From positions 14,724 to 78,723 of the forward strand of contig JAWKNQ010000003.1 in assembly GCA_041391605.1 (NCBI GenBank): a stretch of DNA of 64,000 nt, written 5' to 3'. The position numbers were made by a program, and so were the translations under genes. The notes under the pieces are model-generated. The model did not search any database. It was not told the DNA's origin and saw only the letters and a program-made list of their open reading frames with translations. This DNA comes from Bacteroidia bacterium. GTDB taxonomy: Bacteria; Bacteroidota; Bacteroidia; NS11-12g; UBA955. Position 1 is the stretch's first letter, and each line of letters starts with the position of its first letter. Shown piece by piece: positions 39,580-48,741 of this stretch.

Positions 39580-40399
39580 CTAATTTTGCTTTATTTTTTT
39601 CTACTCTTTTAACTATAGTAATACCTAATTCGAACAACGAATATAATGGAATTGTAAGAACTATTTGACTCACTACATCTGGAGGTGTCAATAAAGCCGA
39701 CAACAGCAAGATTACAACAAATGCGTGCTTTCTATATTTTTTAAGAAAATCTGCTGATATAATTCCAATTCGAGCTAAAAAATACATAATTATTGGAAGC
39801 TCGAAAATCAAACCACTACCCAAAACCAATAAAGTTAAAAATGAAACAACGCTTGTTATCACAATTTTATTTTCAACTATAGGACTTAGTGAATAGGATG
39901 AAAGAAAATTTACAGATATTGGGCATAACACCAAGTATCCAAATGATATACCACAGAAAAATAAAAATGTTGTGTAAAATACAAAGCCCTTTGTTCTTGA
40001 TTTTTCTTTTCTTGATAAGGCAGGTTTTATAAACAACCACAATTGCCATAGTAGGAATGGCATTGATAAAATTATCCCAGTTAAGAATGCTAATTTGAAT
40101 GACATCATGAATTGACCTGTCATTTCTGTATTGATCAATTCATAATTTAAATGCTTGATACAAAATTGATCACTTTTGTATGCAAAATGAGAGAATGCAC
40201 ATACAATCTTATAACTAATGAAATTATTCCTCAAAGGTCCTAAAATGACCTGATGAAAAATAAAATCCATAAACACAAAACCTAAAACAGAGAAAATAAC
40301 TATTGCGTATGCGCTTCGAATAACGTGCTTACGCAAGGTGTCCAAATGGTCAAAAAAGGACATTTCCTTATCATCTATTTCATCCTGGTCTAATGCCAT
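39572..40399 (-). CDS. tatC: twin-arginine translocase subunit TatC
   Basis: 275 aa, six-TM layout, N-terminal MSFFDHLDTLRKHVIRS pattern. Confidence 0.88.
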   Translation of the reverse strand: MALDQDEIDDKEMSFFDHLDTLRKHVIRSAYAIVIFSVLGFVFMDFIFHQVILGPLRNNFISYKIVCAFSHFAYKSDQFCIKHLNYELINTEMTGQFMMSFKLAFLTGIILSMPFLLWQLWLFIKPALSRKEKSRTKGFVFYTTFLFFCGISFGYLVLCPISVNFLSSYSLSPIVENKIVITSVVSFLTLLVLGSGLIFELPIIMYFLARIGIISADFLKKYRKHAFVVILLLSALLTPPDVVSQIVLTIPLYSLFELGITIVKRVEKNKAKLDG

Positions 40400-40466
40400 T
40401 TTACAGAATGTCTAAGGGTAGCATTTTGATGTTATAATGTGTATATATTAAAAATAGTATTCAATA

Positions 40467-41216
40467 TTAAATCACCATTCCTCCACATATGTTTATGGTC
40501 TGACCCGTAATGTATGAACTCATGTCACTTGCTAAAAACAAACAGCAATTAGCTACATCTTCAGTTGTTCCTCCTCTTTTTAAAGGAATAGTATCCACCC
40601 ATTGCTTTTTCACTTCAGCATCTAAACCGTCTGTCATCTCAGTTTCAATAAATCCAGGTGCAATGGCATTACATCTCACATTCCTACTTCCTAATTCCTT
40701 GGCAATTGATTTTGTAAATCCAATCATTCCTGCTTTGCTTGCAGCATAGTTTGCTTGACCTGCATTACCAGTCACTCCTATAACAGATGACATGTTGATT
40801 ATGCTTCCAGATTTATTCTTTAAGAAATTTTTCAGAAATGCTTTAGTAATATTAAAGGTAGATTTCAAATTAGTACTAATCACTTCATCCCATTGTTCTT
40901 CACTCATTCTCATCAACAAGGTATCCCTTGTAATTCCAGCATTGTTGATTAAAATATCTATTGTTTCAAAATCAGCAAGAACTTGATCTGCCAAACTCAT
41001 TGCCGCTTCATAATTCGAAGCATCGCTTTGGTAACCTTTGGCTTTAACTCCGTATTTGCTTTGCAATTCAGATTCAAATGCTTTTGCCTTTTCAACAGAA
41101 CTAGCAAATGTAAACGCAATATTTGCCCCATTTCTTGCAAACACTTCAGCTATTCCTTTACCGATTCCTCTGCTTGCACCTGTTATTAACGCCGTTTTTC
41201 CTTTTAACATAAACAA
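40467..41216 (-). CDS. fabG: 3-oxoacyl-[ACP] reductase
   Basis: SDR motifs TGASRGIGKGIA, NNAG and YAASKAG. Confidence 0.9.
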   Translation of the reverse strand: MFMLKGKTALITGASRGIGKGIAEVFARNGANIAFTFASSVEKAKAFESELQSKYGVKAKGYQSDASNYEAAMSLADQVLADFETIDILINNAGITRDTLLMRMSEEQWDEVISTNLKSTFNITKAFLKNFLKNKSGSIINMSSVIGVTGNAGQANYAASKAGMIGFTKSIAKELGSRNVRCNAIAPGFIETEMTDGLDAEVKKQWVDTIPLKRGGTTEDVANCCLFLASDMSSYITGQTINICGGMVI

Positions 41217-41293
41217 TAAATTATGTGGCGAAATTAAATAAAATAATGGAGAATTAATGTAGACATATAGAATTACATCTCAAGTTCTCAATC

Positions 41294-41713
41294 CTATTTC
41301 ATTTCCATCGCAAAATGTTGAATTCCTGCTTCCTCAAATTGAGGCCCAAAACACTTAAATCCTAATTGTTCATAAAAAGGTATGGCGTGTAATTGAGCAT
41401 GCATGATTACCTGTTTATTATAGGGAAGATCCTTTACTATAGCTCTTACTAATGCTGCTCCAATACCCAAACTCCTATATTCTTTATCTACAGCAAATCG
41501 CTCAAGTTTGATAACCCCTTTGCTTTTAAACCTCCATCTTGCAGTTCCACAAACTATTCCATTAGCAGTTGCAAGAAAATGAGTGCATTTTTCATCATCC
41601 TCATCATACTCTTCTGCTGGGTCTACTTCTTGTTCCACAACAAAAACGCGATGACGGACAGCAAAAGCTGCTTCTAAATCTTCTTTTAATTTGATTTTTC
41701 TTACTTCAATCAT
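41294..41713 (-). CDS. GNAT-family N-acetyltransferase
   Basis: 139 aa, with the RSLGIGAALV acetyl-CoA loop. Confidence 0.8.
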   Translation of the reverse strand: MIEVRKIKLKEDLEAAFAVRHRVFVVEQEVDPAEEYDEDDEKCTHFLATANGIVCGTARWRFKSKGVIKLERFAVDKEYRSLGIGAALVRAIVKDLPYNKQVIMHAQLHAIPFYEQLGFKCFGPQFEEAGIQHFAMEMK

Positions 41714-42075
41714 ACTTTTTCAAGGTTAAATAAAAATTTATAACTCGCCAAAAAACGTCTGGATTTTAAATAATTAAAGTCCCTTTCAAACTTGAATGCT
41801 TCCCTTTCAAAACTCACATTTGAATATGCTTGTTGATGTCTAAATTTGTAGCGAAACATTCCAATCCAGTACTCTAAAAAATACCATATATAATAAGGAA
41901 TAAGTAAAAGTTCTAACTGTTGTCTATGATGAATCTTTTCGTGATTATTCACCACTGGATCATTTTGAACTTTAGTGTTTTTAAAAATGATAATTGGCCA
42001 CAAGGCTACCGCTAAAGCCTTTTTGTTTCCAAAACTAAGAACATTTAATAATTTTTCACTAACAATTTCCATCAA
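41710..42075 (-). CDS. small hydrophobic protein with an HExxH motif (HEKIHHRQQ)
   Basis: 121 aa. It has ATGA overlaps with both neighbours. Family not identifiable by eye. Confidence 0.45.
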   Translation of the reverse strand: MMEIVSEKLLNVLSFGNKKALAVALWPIIIFKNTKVQNDPVVNNHEKIHHRQQLELLLIPYYIWYFLEYWIGMFRYKFRHQQAYSNVSFEREAFKFERDFNYLKSRRFLASYKFLFNLEKV

Positions 42076-43457
42076 TTTGAACCATCGTTAGAATCTTCTT
42101 CATTTTTTATCCTATCCTTCTCTTCCTGTTCTTTTCTTCTTCGACGTTCCTCTCTCTCCTTTTCAATCATTTTCTGCAACTTTTGTTCTTCCGTTAGTTC
42201 TTTTTCTGGCAATATGGAATTAGGGTCTGTAGCACTTGATTTTACTCCACCGTTTTGCAAGGAATCGAGTAAGAATTTGTACTTTAAACTTATACTATCG
42301 AGGGCATAGGATAATTGTGCATTTTTTTCTTGAGCATCGGTTAACAAATTTGTACTTCGATCTAATTGCTTTGTTAATTCCTTTGTTTCAAGAAACAGGC
42401 TATTATTTTCAGAATTTAAAGATTTGTTGTCTTTTTCAAGCTTTTCAATATTCGTTTTTTGGTTGCTAACCATATTGGTTAAATTAATAATTATATCACC
42501 GTCGACTCCGCTTTCAACACCGCTTTTAAACTTTTTAAGCTCTTTAATTTGCTCTTCTCGATTTATCAAACGCATTTGAAGATCGTCGTATTCATCCTCT
42601 AAAACCGCTAGCCTTGCATTACATCTTAGCTTTTCATTTATCAAACCTGTGTCATTACTATTACCTGAACTTGAGTTATTACTTTTCGATTCGCATAATT
42701 TTAGCTTTGTTTTATAGGCATCTATTTCAACATCTTTCTTATTAATTTGGTCTTTTAGTTTCAGAATTATCTGAGTAAATGCCTGTTCCTCCCCTTTTGA
42801 ATTGTTTACATCCAAATTAATTAACTCTGTTTTATCTTCTCCGTGAATCTTTAAATAATCAAACTTTACTTTGCTATCTGGTCCTACATAAATCCCAATT
42901 TTCCCTCTGTTCAATTCAATATCTGTAAACGACTGAATGAATGATCCATTTATATACAAATCATAAACTTTATCGTATGTTTTTATTGCAATTACATTTT
43001 CGCCTTTTGTAATTGCAAAGGAAGCTTTTGTCCAAGAATTACCATTTAAAGGAATCTGCTTATCTTTATATACCCTAACAATTCTGTATTCTCTTTTTTG
43101 ATTAATTTCAACAGATATTCCTCCACCTGTTTCCGAATTTGCCATCATTAACAAACCAGCACTTTGTCTTTTATTGTTGTAATCTGCAAAAATTATTGAT
43201 GCTTCTAATTTAAAGGCTGAATACTCTTTTGATTCATTTGGAAAAAGATAATAGCCTGATTTTTTTGATTTTCTAAATAATTCGAAGTATCCATTTTGAG
43301 CAATAAATAAATTATCTGCATTGAATGTACTACTCCAATTTCGATCAGCTAAATCAAATTGTTCGTTAAGTAATAATTTGGTAAAATCTTTGTTGACTTC
43401 TTGTCCAAATGCAAAAAATCCGTTGCTGAGCACCAATAATACAATTAATTTCTTCAT
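42072..43457 (-). CDS. secreted protein: N-terminal jelly-roll/LamG-like (DUF1080-like) domain, a ~230-aa coiled coil, and an Arg/Glu/Lys-rich tail
   Basis: Signal peptide MKKLIVLLVLSNGFFAFG. GKIGIYVGPDSKVKFDYLKIHG at the domain end, then heptad-rich sequence ending EKEREERRRRKEQEEKDRIKNEE. Confidence 0.45.
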   Translation of the reverse strand: MKKLIVLLVLSNGFFAFGQEVNKDFTKLLLNEQFDLADRNWSSTFNADNLFIAQNGYFELFRKSKKSGYYLFPNESKEYSAFKLEASIIFADYNNKRQSAGLLMMANSETGGGISVEINQKREYRIVRVYKDKQIPLNGNSWTKASFAITKGENVIAIKTYDKVYDLYINGSFIQSFTDIELNRGKIGIYVGPDSKVKFDYLKIHGEDKTELINLDVNNSKGEEQAFTQIILKLKDQINKKDVEIDAYKTKLKLCESKSNNSSSGNSNDTGLINEKLRCNARLAVLEDEYDDLQMRLINREEQIKELKKFKSGVESGVDGDIIINLTNMVSNQKTNIEKLEKDNKSLNSENNSLFLETKELTKQLDRSTNLLTDAQEKNAQLSYALDSISLKYKFLLDSLQNGGVKSSATDPNSILPEKELTEEQKLQKMIEKEREERRRRKEQEEKDRIKNEEDSNDGSN

Positions 43458-43482
43458 CTTTGCAATGGTTTTGTTTAAAAGG

Positions 43483-43490
43483 CAAAATTA
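43483..43490 (-). promoter_or_regulatory. -7 box TAATTTTG, 25 nt upstream of the ATG at 43457
   Basis: Exact TAnnTTTG match on the minus strand. Confidence 0.35.
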
Positions 43491-43506
43491 ATATAATTTT
43501 AAGTAA

Positions 43507-44499
43507 ATGAACTTGTGTTTTCGATTTTTATTCCTACTACTAACTGTTTTAACAATAAACTCCTGCTCAAATGAAATTGATGTTCTAGCTGATTATGAAG
43601 AAAATGCTTCTGTTTATGCACTTCTCGACCCAAATCAAACTTGGCAGTTTATCAAGATTAATAAGGTTTTTGTAAACCCAAATTCCAAAGCTAAAGACGT
43701 AGCAAAGCTTGCAGATTCATTGTATTTTGATACAATAAGCCCTTTTCTAATTGAAAATGAAAGCGGACGAAGAATCCCTTTATTCAAGGCAAATATTGCT
43801 CTAAAAGATAGCGGCATTTTTGCAAACTCTCCTAATTACCTTTATGTAACAAATGAACGGATTTTTGAAGACAACTCCTATCGATTAGAATTCAATCTTC
43901 CTCAAACAGGTAAATTAGTAAGTGCTTCCACTAATGTAGTTAATACGCCATTTGTTGTATATCCAGTATCCTTTTCTCAGAGAGCTCTTACAGTGCCACA
44001 AAATGCATCTATACTGTTGCAATTTGCTGCTCCTAAGAAAGGAAAAATTTACGATGCATATTTGTATTTCAATTATACTGAAATTAATAAGTTTGATACT
44101 AGCCAAAAAACAGACTATACAATCAAATGGAAAATATTGAGAAGTTACCGCTCTTTGAGTGATAAAGGCAACGAATTTGTTTCACAGCGCATTTCAAGTA
44201 GTCTGTTTTACGATTTACTTTTAAGTAATATCAAACCAAATGTCAATGTAATACGAAAATTTAGAACGAACGAATTTGAACTTGTTAGCGGAAACCTAGA
44301 ACTCGACAATTACATTCAGGCATCCACTCCTTCAATAGGCATTGTTCAAAAGCAAAGTGAATATACGAACATATTAAATGGAGTAGGTATTTTTGCCTCA
44401 AGAAACACTTTTTATTTAGATAACATTGTTCTAAGTGAATTAACAAAAAATGTAATTGTTTCTAGCCCAGATTACAAACCACTCGGATTTGTAAAATAA
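43507..44499 (+). CDS. hypothetical lipoprotein
   Basis: Lipobox LTINSC, 330 aa, no recognisable catalytic motif. Confidence 0.45.
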   Translation: MNLCFRFLFLLLTVLTINSCSNEIDVLADYEENASVYALLDPNQTWQFIKINKVFVNPNSKAKDVAKLADSLYFDTISPFLIENESGRRIPLFKANIALKDSGIFANSPNYLYVTNERIFEDNSYRLEFNLPQTGKLVSASTNVVNTPFVVYPVSFSQRALTVPQNASILLQFAAPKKGKIYDAYLYFNYTEINKFDTSQKTDYTIKWKILRSYRSLSDKGNEFVSQRISSSLFYDLLLSNIKPNVNVIRKFRTNEFELVSGNLELDNYIQASTPSIGIVQKQSEYTNILNGVGIFASRNTFYLDNIVLSELTKNVIVSSPDYKPLGFVK

Positions 44500-44581
44500 G
44501 ACTTTTTGACATATTCTGTGTCAGATTTTTCCCAATTGTATTCCAAATAGCTCAAGAATGGCATAAAACACCTTATGGCAT

Positions 44582-44589
44582 TAGGTTTG
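44582..44589 (+). promoter_or_regulatory. -7 box TAGGTTTG, 39 nt upstream of the dnaK ATG
   Basis: Exact TAnnTTTG match. An AGGAG sits 13 nt before the ATG. Confidence 0.35.
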
Positions 44590-44628
44590 AAAACACTATT
44601 TCTGTAATAAAGGAGAAATAAAATAATT

Positions 44629-46545
44629 ATGAGTAAAATAATAGGAATTGACTTAGGAACGACAAACAGTTGCGTTTCGGTTATGGAAGGTAATGAACCG
44701 GTTGTGATAGCCAATAGTGAGGGCAAACGCACAACGCCTTCAGTAGTAGGTTTTATGAAAGATGGTGAAAGAAAAATTGGAGATCCGGCCAAGCGTCAAG
44801 CGATTACCAATCCAAAAAATACCATTTTCTCAATTAAAAGATTTATGGGTAACTCATTTGATCAGGTTACAGTAGAAACTGGAAGAGTACCATATGAAGT
44901 AGTTAAAGGTGATAACAATACCCCTAGAGTAAAAATTGACGATAGATTATATACCCCGCAAGAAATCAGCGCGATGATTCTTCAAAAGATGAAGAAAACA
45001 GCTGAAGACTACTTGGGAACTGAAGTTAAAGATGCGGTTATTACAGTTCCTGCATATTTTAATGATGCTCAAAGACAAGCAACAAAAGAAGCTGGCGAAA
45101 TAGCCGGGCTAAATGTTAAAAGGATAATTAATGAGCCAACTGCTGCTGCTTTAGCTTATGGTTTAGATAAAAAGAATGCAGACATGAAAATTGTTGTATT
45201 TGATTGTGGTGGTGGAACTCATGATGTATCTGTATTAGAGTTAGGAGATGGTGTTTTTGAAGTTAAATCTACTGATGGTGACACCCATTTAGGAGGAGAT
45301 GACTTCGACCAAAAAATTATTGATTGGTTGGTTCAGGAATTCAAAGATGAAAATGGTGGCTTAGATTTAAGTAAAGATCCAATGGCATTACAACGATTAA
45401 AGGAAGCAGCCGAAAAAGCAAAAATTGAATTATCTAGTACAAGTAATACAGAAATCAATTTACCTTATATCATGCCAGTTGATGGAATTCCTAAGCACTT
45501 GGTTAGATCATTAAGCAAATCAAAATTTGAGCAGTTGGTTGATGATTTAGTTCAAAGAACGATTGAACCATGTAAATCTGCGCTTAAAAATGCTGGATTA
45601 AGCACAAGTGATATAGATGAAGTTATTTTAGTTGGTGGTAGTACTCGTATTCCTGCTGTTCAGGAAGCAGTAGAGAAATTCTTTGGAAAAGCTCCATCGA
45701 AAGGGGTTAACCCAGATGAAGTGGTTGCTGTTGGAGCTGCTATTCAAGGTGGAGTTTTAACTGGAGAAGTAAAAGATGTGTTGTTGTTAGATGTAACACC
45801 TTTGAGTTTAGGAATTGAAACATATGGTGGAGTTATGACAAAATTAATCGAGGCAAATACAACAATCCCGACCAAGAAAAGTGAAGTATTTAGTACTGCA
45901 GCAGATAACCAGCCTAGTGTTCAATTGCATGTTCTCCAAGGAGAACGTCCAATGGCAAAAGATAACAGAACAATTGGAATGTTCAATTTAGATGGTATTC
46001 CACCAGCACAAAGAGGTGTTCCTCAAATTGATGTGACTTTTGATATTGATGCAAACGGAATATTAAACGTGAGTGCCAAAGATAAAGGAACTGGTAAAGA
46101 GCAAAAAATACGAATTGAAAGTTCAAGCGGCTTAAGCAAAGAAGAAATTGAAAAAATGAAACGAGAAGCTGAAGCTAATGCTGAAACAGATAAGAAAGCG
46201 AAAGAAGATATCGATAAGCTAAATGCAGCTGACACTTTAATCTTCACGTCAGAGAAGAATATCAAAGAATATGGCGATAAACTTCCAGAAGATAAAAAGA
46301 AAACCATCGAAGAAGCATTGGCTAGCTTAAAAACTGCACATGAAAGTAAAGACATTGCTGCTTGTGATGCCGCTTCTGAAGCTTTAAACAAAGCATGGGA
46401 GGCTGCAAGCCAAGATATATACCAGGCTCAAGAACAAGCTAAATCTGAAGATGCAGGAGCGAACCAAAGCAACCCTAATTCAGAAGGTGGAGATGCTAAT
46501 TCTGGAGAAGACGTGGAAGACGTTTCTTTTGAAGAAGTAAAATAA
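44629..46545 (+). CDS. dnaK: molecular chaperone DnaK (Hsp70)
   Basis: [36 protein letters not shown]. Confidence 0.98.
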   Translation: MSKIIGIDLGTTNSCVSVMEGNEPVVIANSEGKRTTPSVVGFMKDGERKIGDPAKRQAITNPKNTIFSIKRFMGNSFDQVTVETGRVPYEVVKGDNNTPRVKIDDRLYTPQEISAMILQKMKKTAEDYLGTEVKDAVITVPAYFNDAQRQATKEAGEIAGLNVKRIINEPTAAALAYGLDKKNADMKIVVFDCGGGTHDVSVLELGDGVFEVKSTDGDTHLGGDDFDQKIIDWLVQEFKDENGGLDLSKDPMALQRLKEAAEKAKIELSSTSNTEINLPYIMPVDGIPKHLVRSLSKSKFEQLVDDLVQRTIEPCKSALKNAGLSTSDIDEVILVGGSTRIPAVQEAVEKFFGKAPSKGVNPDEVVAVGAAIQGGVLTGEVKDVLLLDVTPLSLGIETYGGVMTKLIEANTTIPTKKSEVFSTAADNQPSVQLHVLQGERPMAKDNRTIGMFNLDGIPPAQRGVPQIDVTFDIDANGILNVSAKDKGTGKEQKIRIESSSGLSKEEIEKMKREAEANAETDKKAKEDIDKLNAADTLIFTSEKNIKEYGDKLPEDKKKTIEEALASLKTAHESKDIAACDAASEALNKAWEAASQDIYQAQEQAKSEDAGANQSNPNSEGGDANSGEDVEDVSFEEVK

Positions 46546-46562
46546 TAACTAAAATACTATTT

Positions 46563-46593
46563 AAAAGCCTTTCAGATTTGAAAGGCTTTTTTT
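46563..46593. terminator. bidirectional rho-independent terminator between dnaK and the convergent phosphatase gene
   Basis: Perfect 12-bp stem AAAAGCCTTTCA / TGAAAGGCTTTT with a 4-nt loop, flanked by A and T runs. Confidence 0.85.
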
Positions 46594-46595
46594 AT

Positions 46596-47699
46596 TTAAT
46601 CAAGTTTCAATAAAGCTTTCATTTTGTAATAAACATCTGTATTTTCCATAACTCCTTTGAAATTTTCTGACCCAGGTCCATAAGAAAATATAGGTACCAT
46701 AACACCTGTGTGGTGTTGGCTGGAAAAACTTGATACAATTTCTTTGTTTTTCAAATTTCCTCCATCAAGGGCAAGTCCCCCTGTCTCATGGTCTGCAGTT
46801 ATTATCAGTAACGTATTGCCATCCTTAATGGCGAAGTCTAGTGCAGTCTTAACTGCCTTATCAAAATCTATAAGTTCTTTAACCGTGTAATTTATATTAT
46901 TATCATGTCCTCCCCAATCAATTTGACTACCTTCCACCATCAAAAAGAAACCATTTTCTTTCTCAGAAAGGTATTGTAAACTTTTTGAGGTTGAATAATT
47001 CAACCAATCTCCTCTTAAATCATATTTTGGAGGATGTATACTATCATTATAAAACCAAAAATGCTTTTTATTTAAATCAAATACTGAATCGTTTGAATTT
47101 GAATGTATTTTATAATTATCAAGTTGTAATTTCTCCATATCAAAGTAGGGCTTACCCGTTCCTGCAATGAAATCAATACCTTTACCATAAATATCATTTG
47201 CAATTTCTTGATGCATTTCACGGTTCTTTTGATGTGCGTAAAAGGAGGCTGGAGTTGCATGCGTAATGCTACAAGTAGAAATCAATCCTGTTGCTAACTT
47301 ATTTGCTTCTGCTAATTCGATAATGGTTTGCAAAGACATAGTATCAGGACCAACACCTATAGCTCCATTGTATGTTTTCACACCTGTACTGTAGGCAGTT
47401 GCTCCAGCTGCTGAATCGGTGATATAATCATCAGAAGAAGAGGTTTTAACAAAGCCAATATCTTTAAAGAATTCAATATTTAACCCACCATTCACTACAA
47501 TTGCAGCTGATATTTGAGCCAATCCCATGCCATCGCCAATCATAAGAATAATATTTAACGGTTTTTTAACTTTTTCAACAACAACTTTTGTCCCAGAATT
47601 ACAATTAGAGAATACTATTGATGCGGCAATAAAATAAACTATTATTTTTTTACGTTTAAGCATATTGCAAATTTGAATGAAATATATGGCAATTCTCAT
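46596..47699 (-). CDS. alkaline phosphatase (PhoA family)
   Basis: DGMG metal site and the active-site TDSAAGATAYSTG. The likely true start is MLKRKK at 47663 (signal peptide). Confidence 0.85.
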   Translation of the reverse strand: MRIAIYFIQICNMLKRKKIIVYFIAASIVFSNCNSGTKVVVEKVKKPLNIILMIGDGMGLAQISAAIVVNGGLNIEFFKDIGFVKTSSSDDYITDSAAGATAYSTGVKTYNGAIGVGPDTMSLQTIIELAEANKLATGLISTCSITHATPASFYAHQKNREMHQEIANDIYGKGIDFIAGTGKPYFDMEKLQLDNYKIHSNSNDSVFDLNKKHFWFYNDSIHPPKYDLRGDWLNYSTSKSLQYLSEKENGFFLMVEGSQIDWGGHDNNINYTVKELIDFDKAVKTALDFAIKDGNTLLIITADHETGGLALDGGNLKNKEIVSSFSSQHHTGVMVPIFSYGPGSENFKGVMENTDVYYKMKALLKLD

Positions 47700-47779
47700 A
47701 TTCTAGATAAAAATTGATTGAAATTTAAAATTTAGTTAATTAAACTATTTTTCAACTTGTTTTTTAGTGCTCTATTTTA

Positions 47780-47787
47780 TAACTTTG
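47780..47787 (+). promoter_or_regulatory. -7 box TAACTTTG, 8 nt upstream of the ATG at 47796
   Basis: Exact TAnnTTTG match. Confidence 0.35.
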
Positions 47788-47795
47788 GTTAAACT

Positions 47796-48152
47796 ATGAA
47801 AACATGTAAAGAGTGCTCTAAGCCTTTAATTGGAAGAAGTGATAAAAAGTTTTGTGATGATGGCTGTCGAAATTCGTTTAACAACCGTCATAATAGCGAA
47901 ACAAATAAGGTAGTAAATTTGGTGAATTCTATTTTGAAAAAAAATAGAACCATTCTTCAAAATTTAATCCCTGAAGAAGGTAAAGTTAGTATTTCGGAAA
48001 AGACCTTAATGATACTCGGTTTTAATTTTGATTACTACACCAATATCTATAGAACAAAAAAAGGAGGAATTTATAAGTTTTGTTATGAGTATGGTTATTT
48101 ACAAATTGATGAAGGTGTTTTGATGCTAGTTAAGAAACAAGCAAAGCATTAA
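47796..48152 (+). CDS. hypothetical zinc-ribbon protein
   Basis: CKEC...CDDGC four-Cys N-terminus, 118 aa. Confidence 0.45.
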   Translation: MKTCKECSKPLIGRSDKKFCDDGCRNSFNNRHNSETNKVVNLVNSILKKNRTILQNLIPEEGKVSISEKTLMILGFNFDYYTNIYRTKKGGIYKFCYEYGYLQIDEGVLMLVKKQAKH

Positions 48153-48708
48153 TCTCCAACCAATTCTTCAGGAGTTCCAAGCCATATTGTGTCAATATCG
48201 CCTCAGGGTGATATTGTATCCCAGTTATTGGCCATTTTTTATGCTGAAAACTCATGCATTCTTTTTCAATTGTATATGCAGTAAGTTCTAATTCTGTTTT
48301 ATTCAATTCTTCCAAAATTAGACTGTGGTATCTACATACAGTAAATTTTTCAGGTAGATTTTCATAAATTCCAGTTTTCACAGTTGAAATTTCAGAAACT
48401 TTTCCATGCATAGGTTTTAAGGCGTGTCTTAATTGCGCTCCAAAAAATTGCCCTAAGGCTTGATGTCCTAAACAGATTCCTAAAATTGGATATCGACTGT
48501 GATACTTTTCAATAAATGCAATTAAATCTCCTGATTCAGATGGCGTATTAGGACCTGGAGAAATTACAATACCATTAAAATTAATATCAGAAATGGATTT
48601 TTCGTTTAATTCATCATTCTTAAGAATTGCGGTTGATTGTCCAAGCTGATGGAAATAATCCACTAAATTATAAGTAAAAGAATCATAATTATCAACGATT
48701 AGTATCAT
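48130..48708 (-). CDS. glutamine amidotransferase component II of anthranilate/aminodeoxychorismate synthase
   Basis: Class I GATase triad: GICLGHQ, and HPE in IQYHPEAI. 192 aa. Confidence 0.88.
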   Translation of the reverse strand: MILIVDNYDSFTYNLVDYFHQLGQSTAILKNDELNEKSISDINFNGIVISPGPNTPSESGDLIAFIEKYHSRYPILGICLGHQALGQFFGAQLRHALKPMHGKVSEISTVKTGIYENLPEKFTVCRYHSLILEELNKTELELTAYTIEKECMSFQHKKWPITGIQYHPEAILTQYGLELLKNWLEINALLVS

Positions 48709-48741
48709 TATGCTCTATATCAAATCAGTATGAGTAAACTT

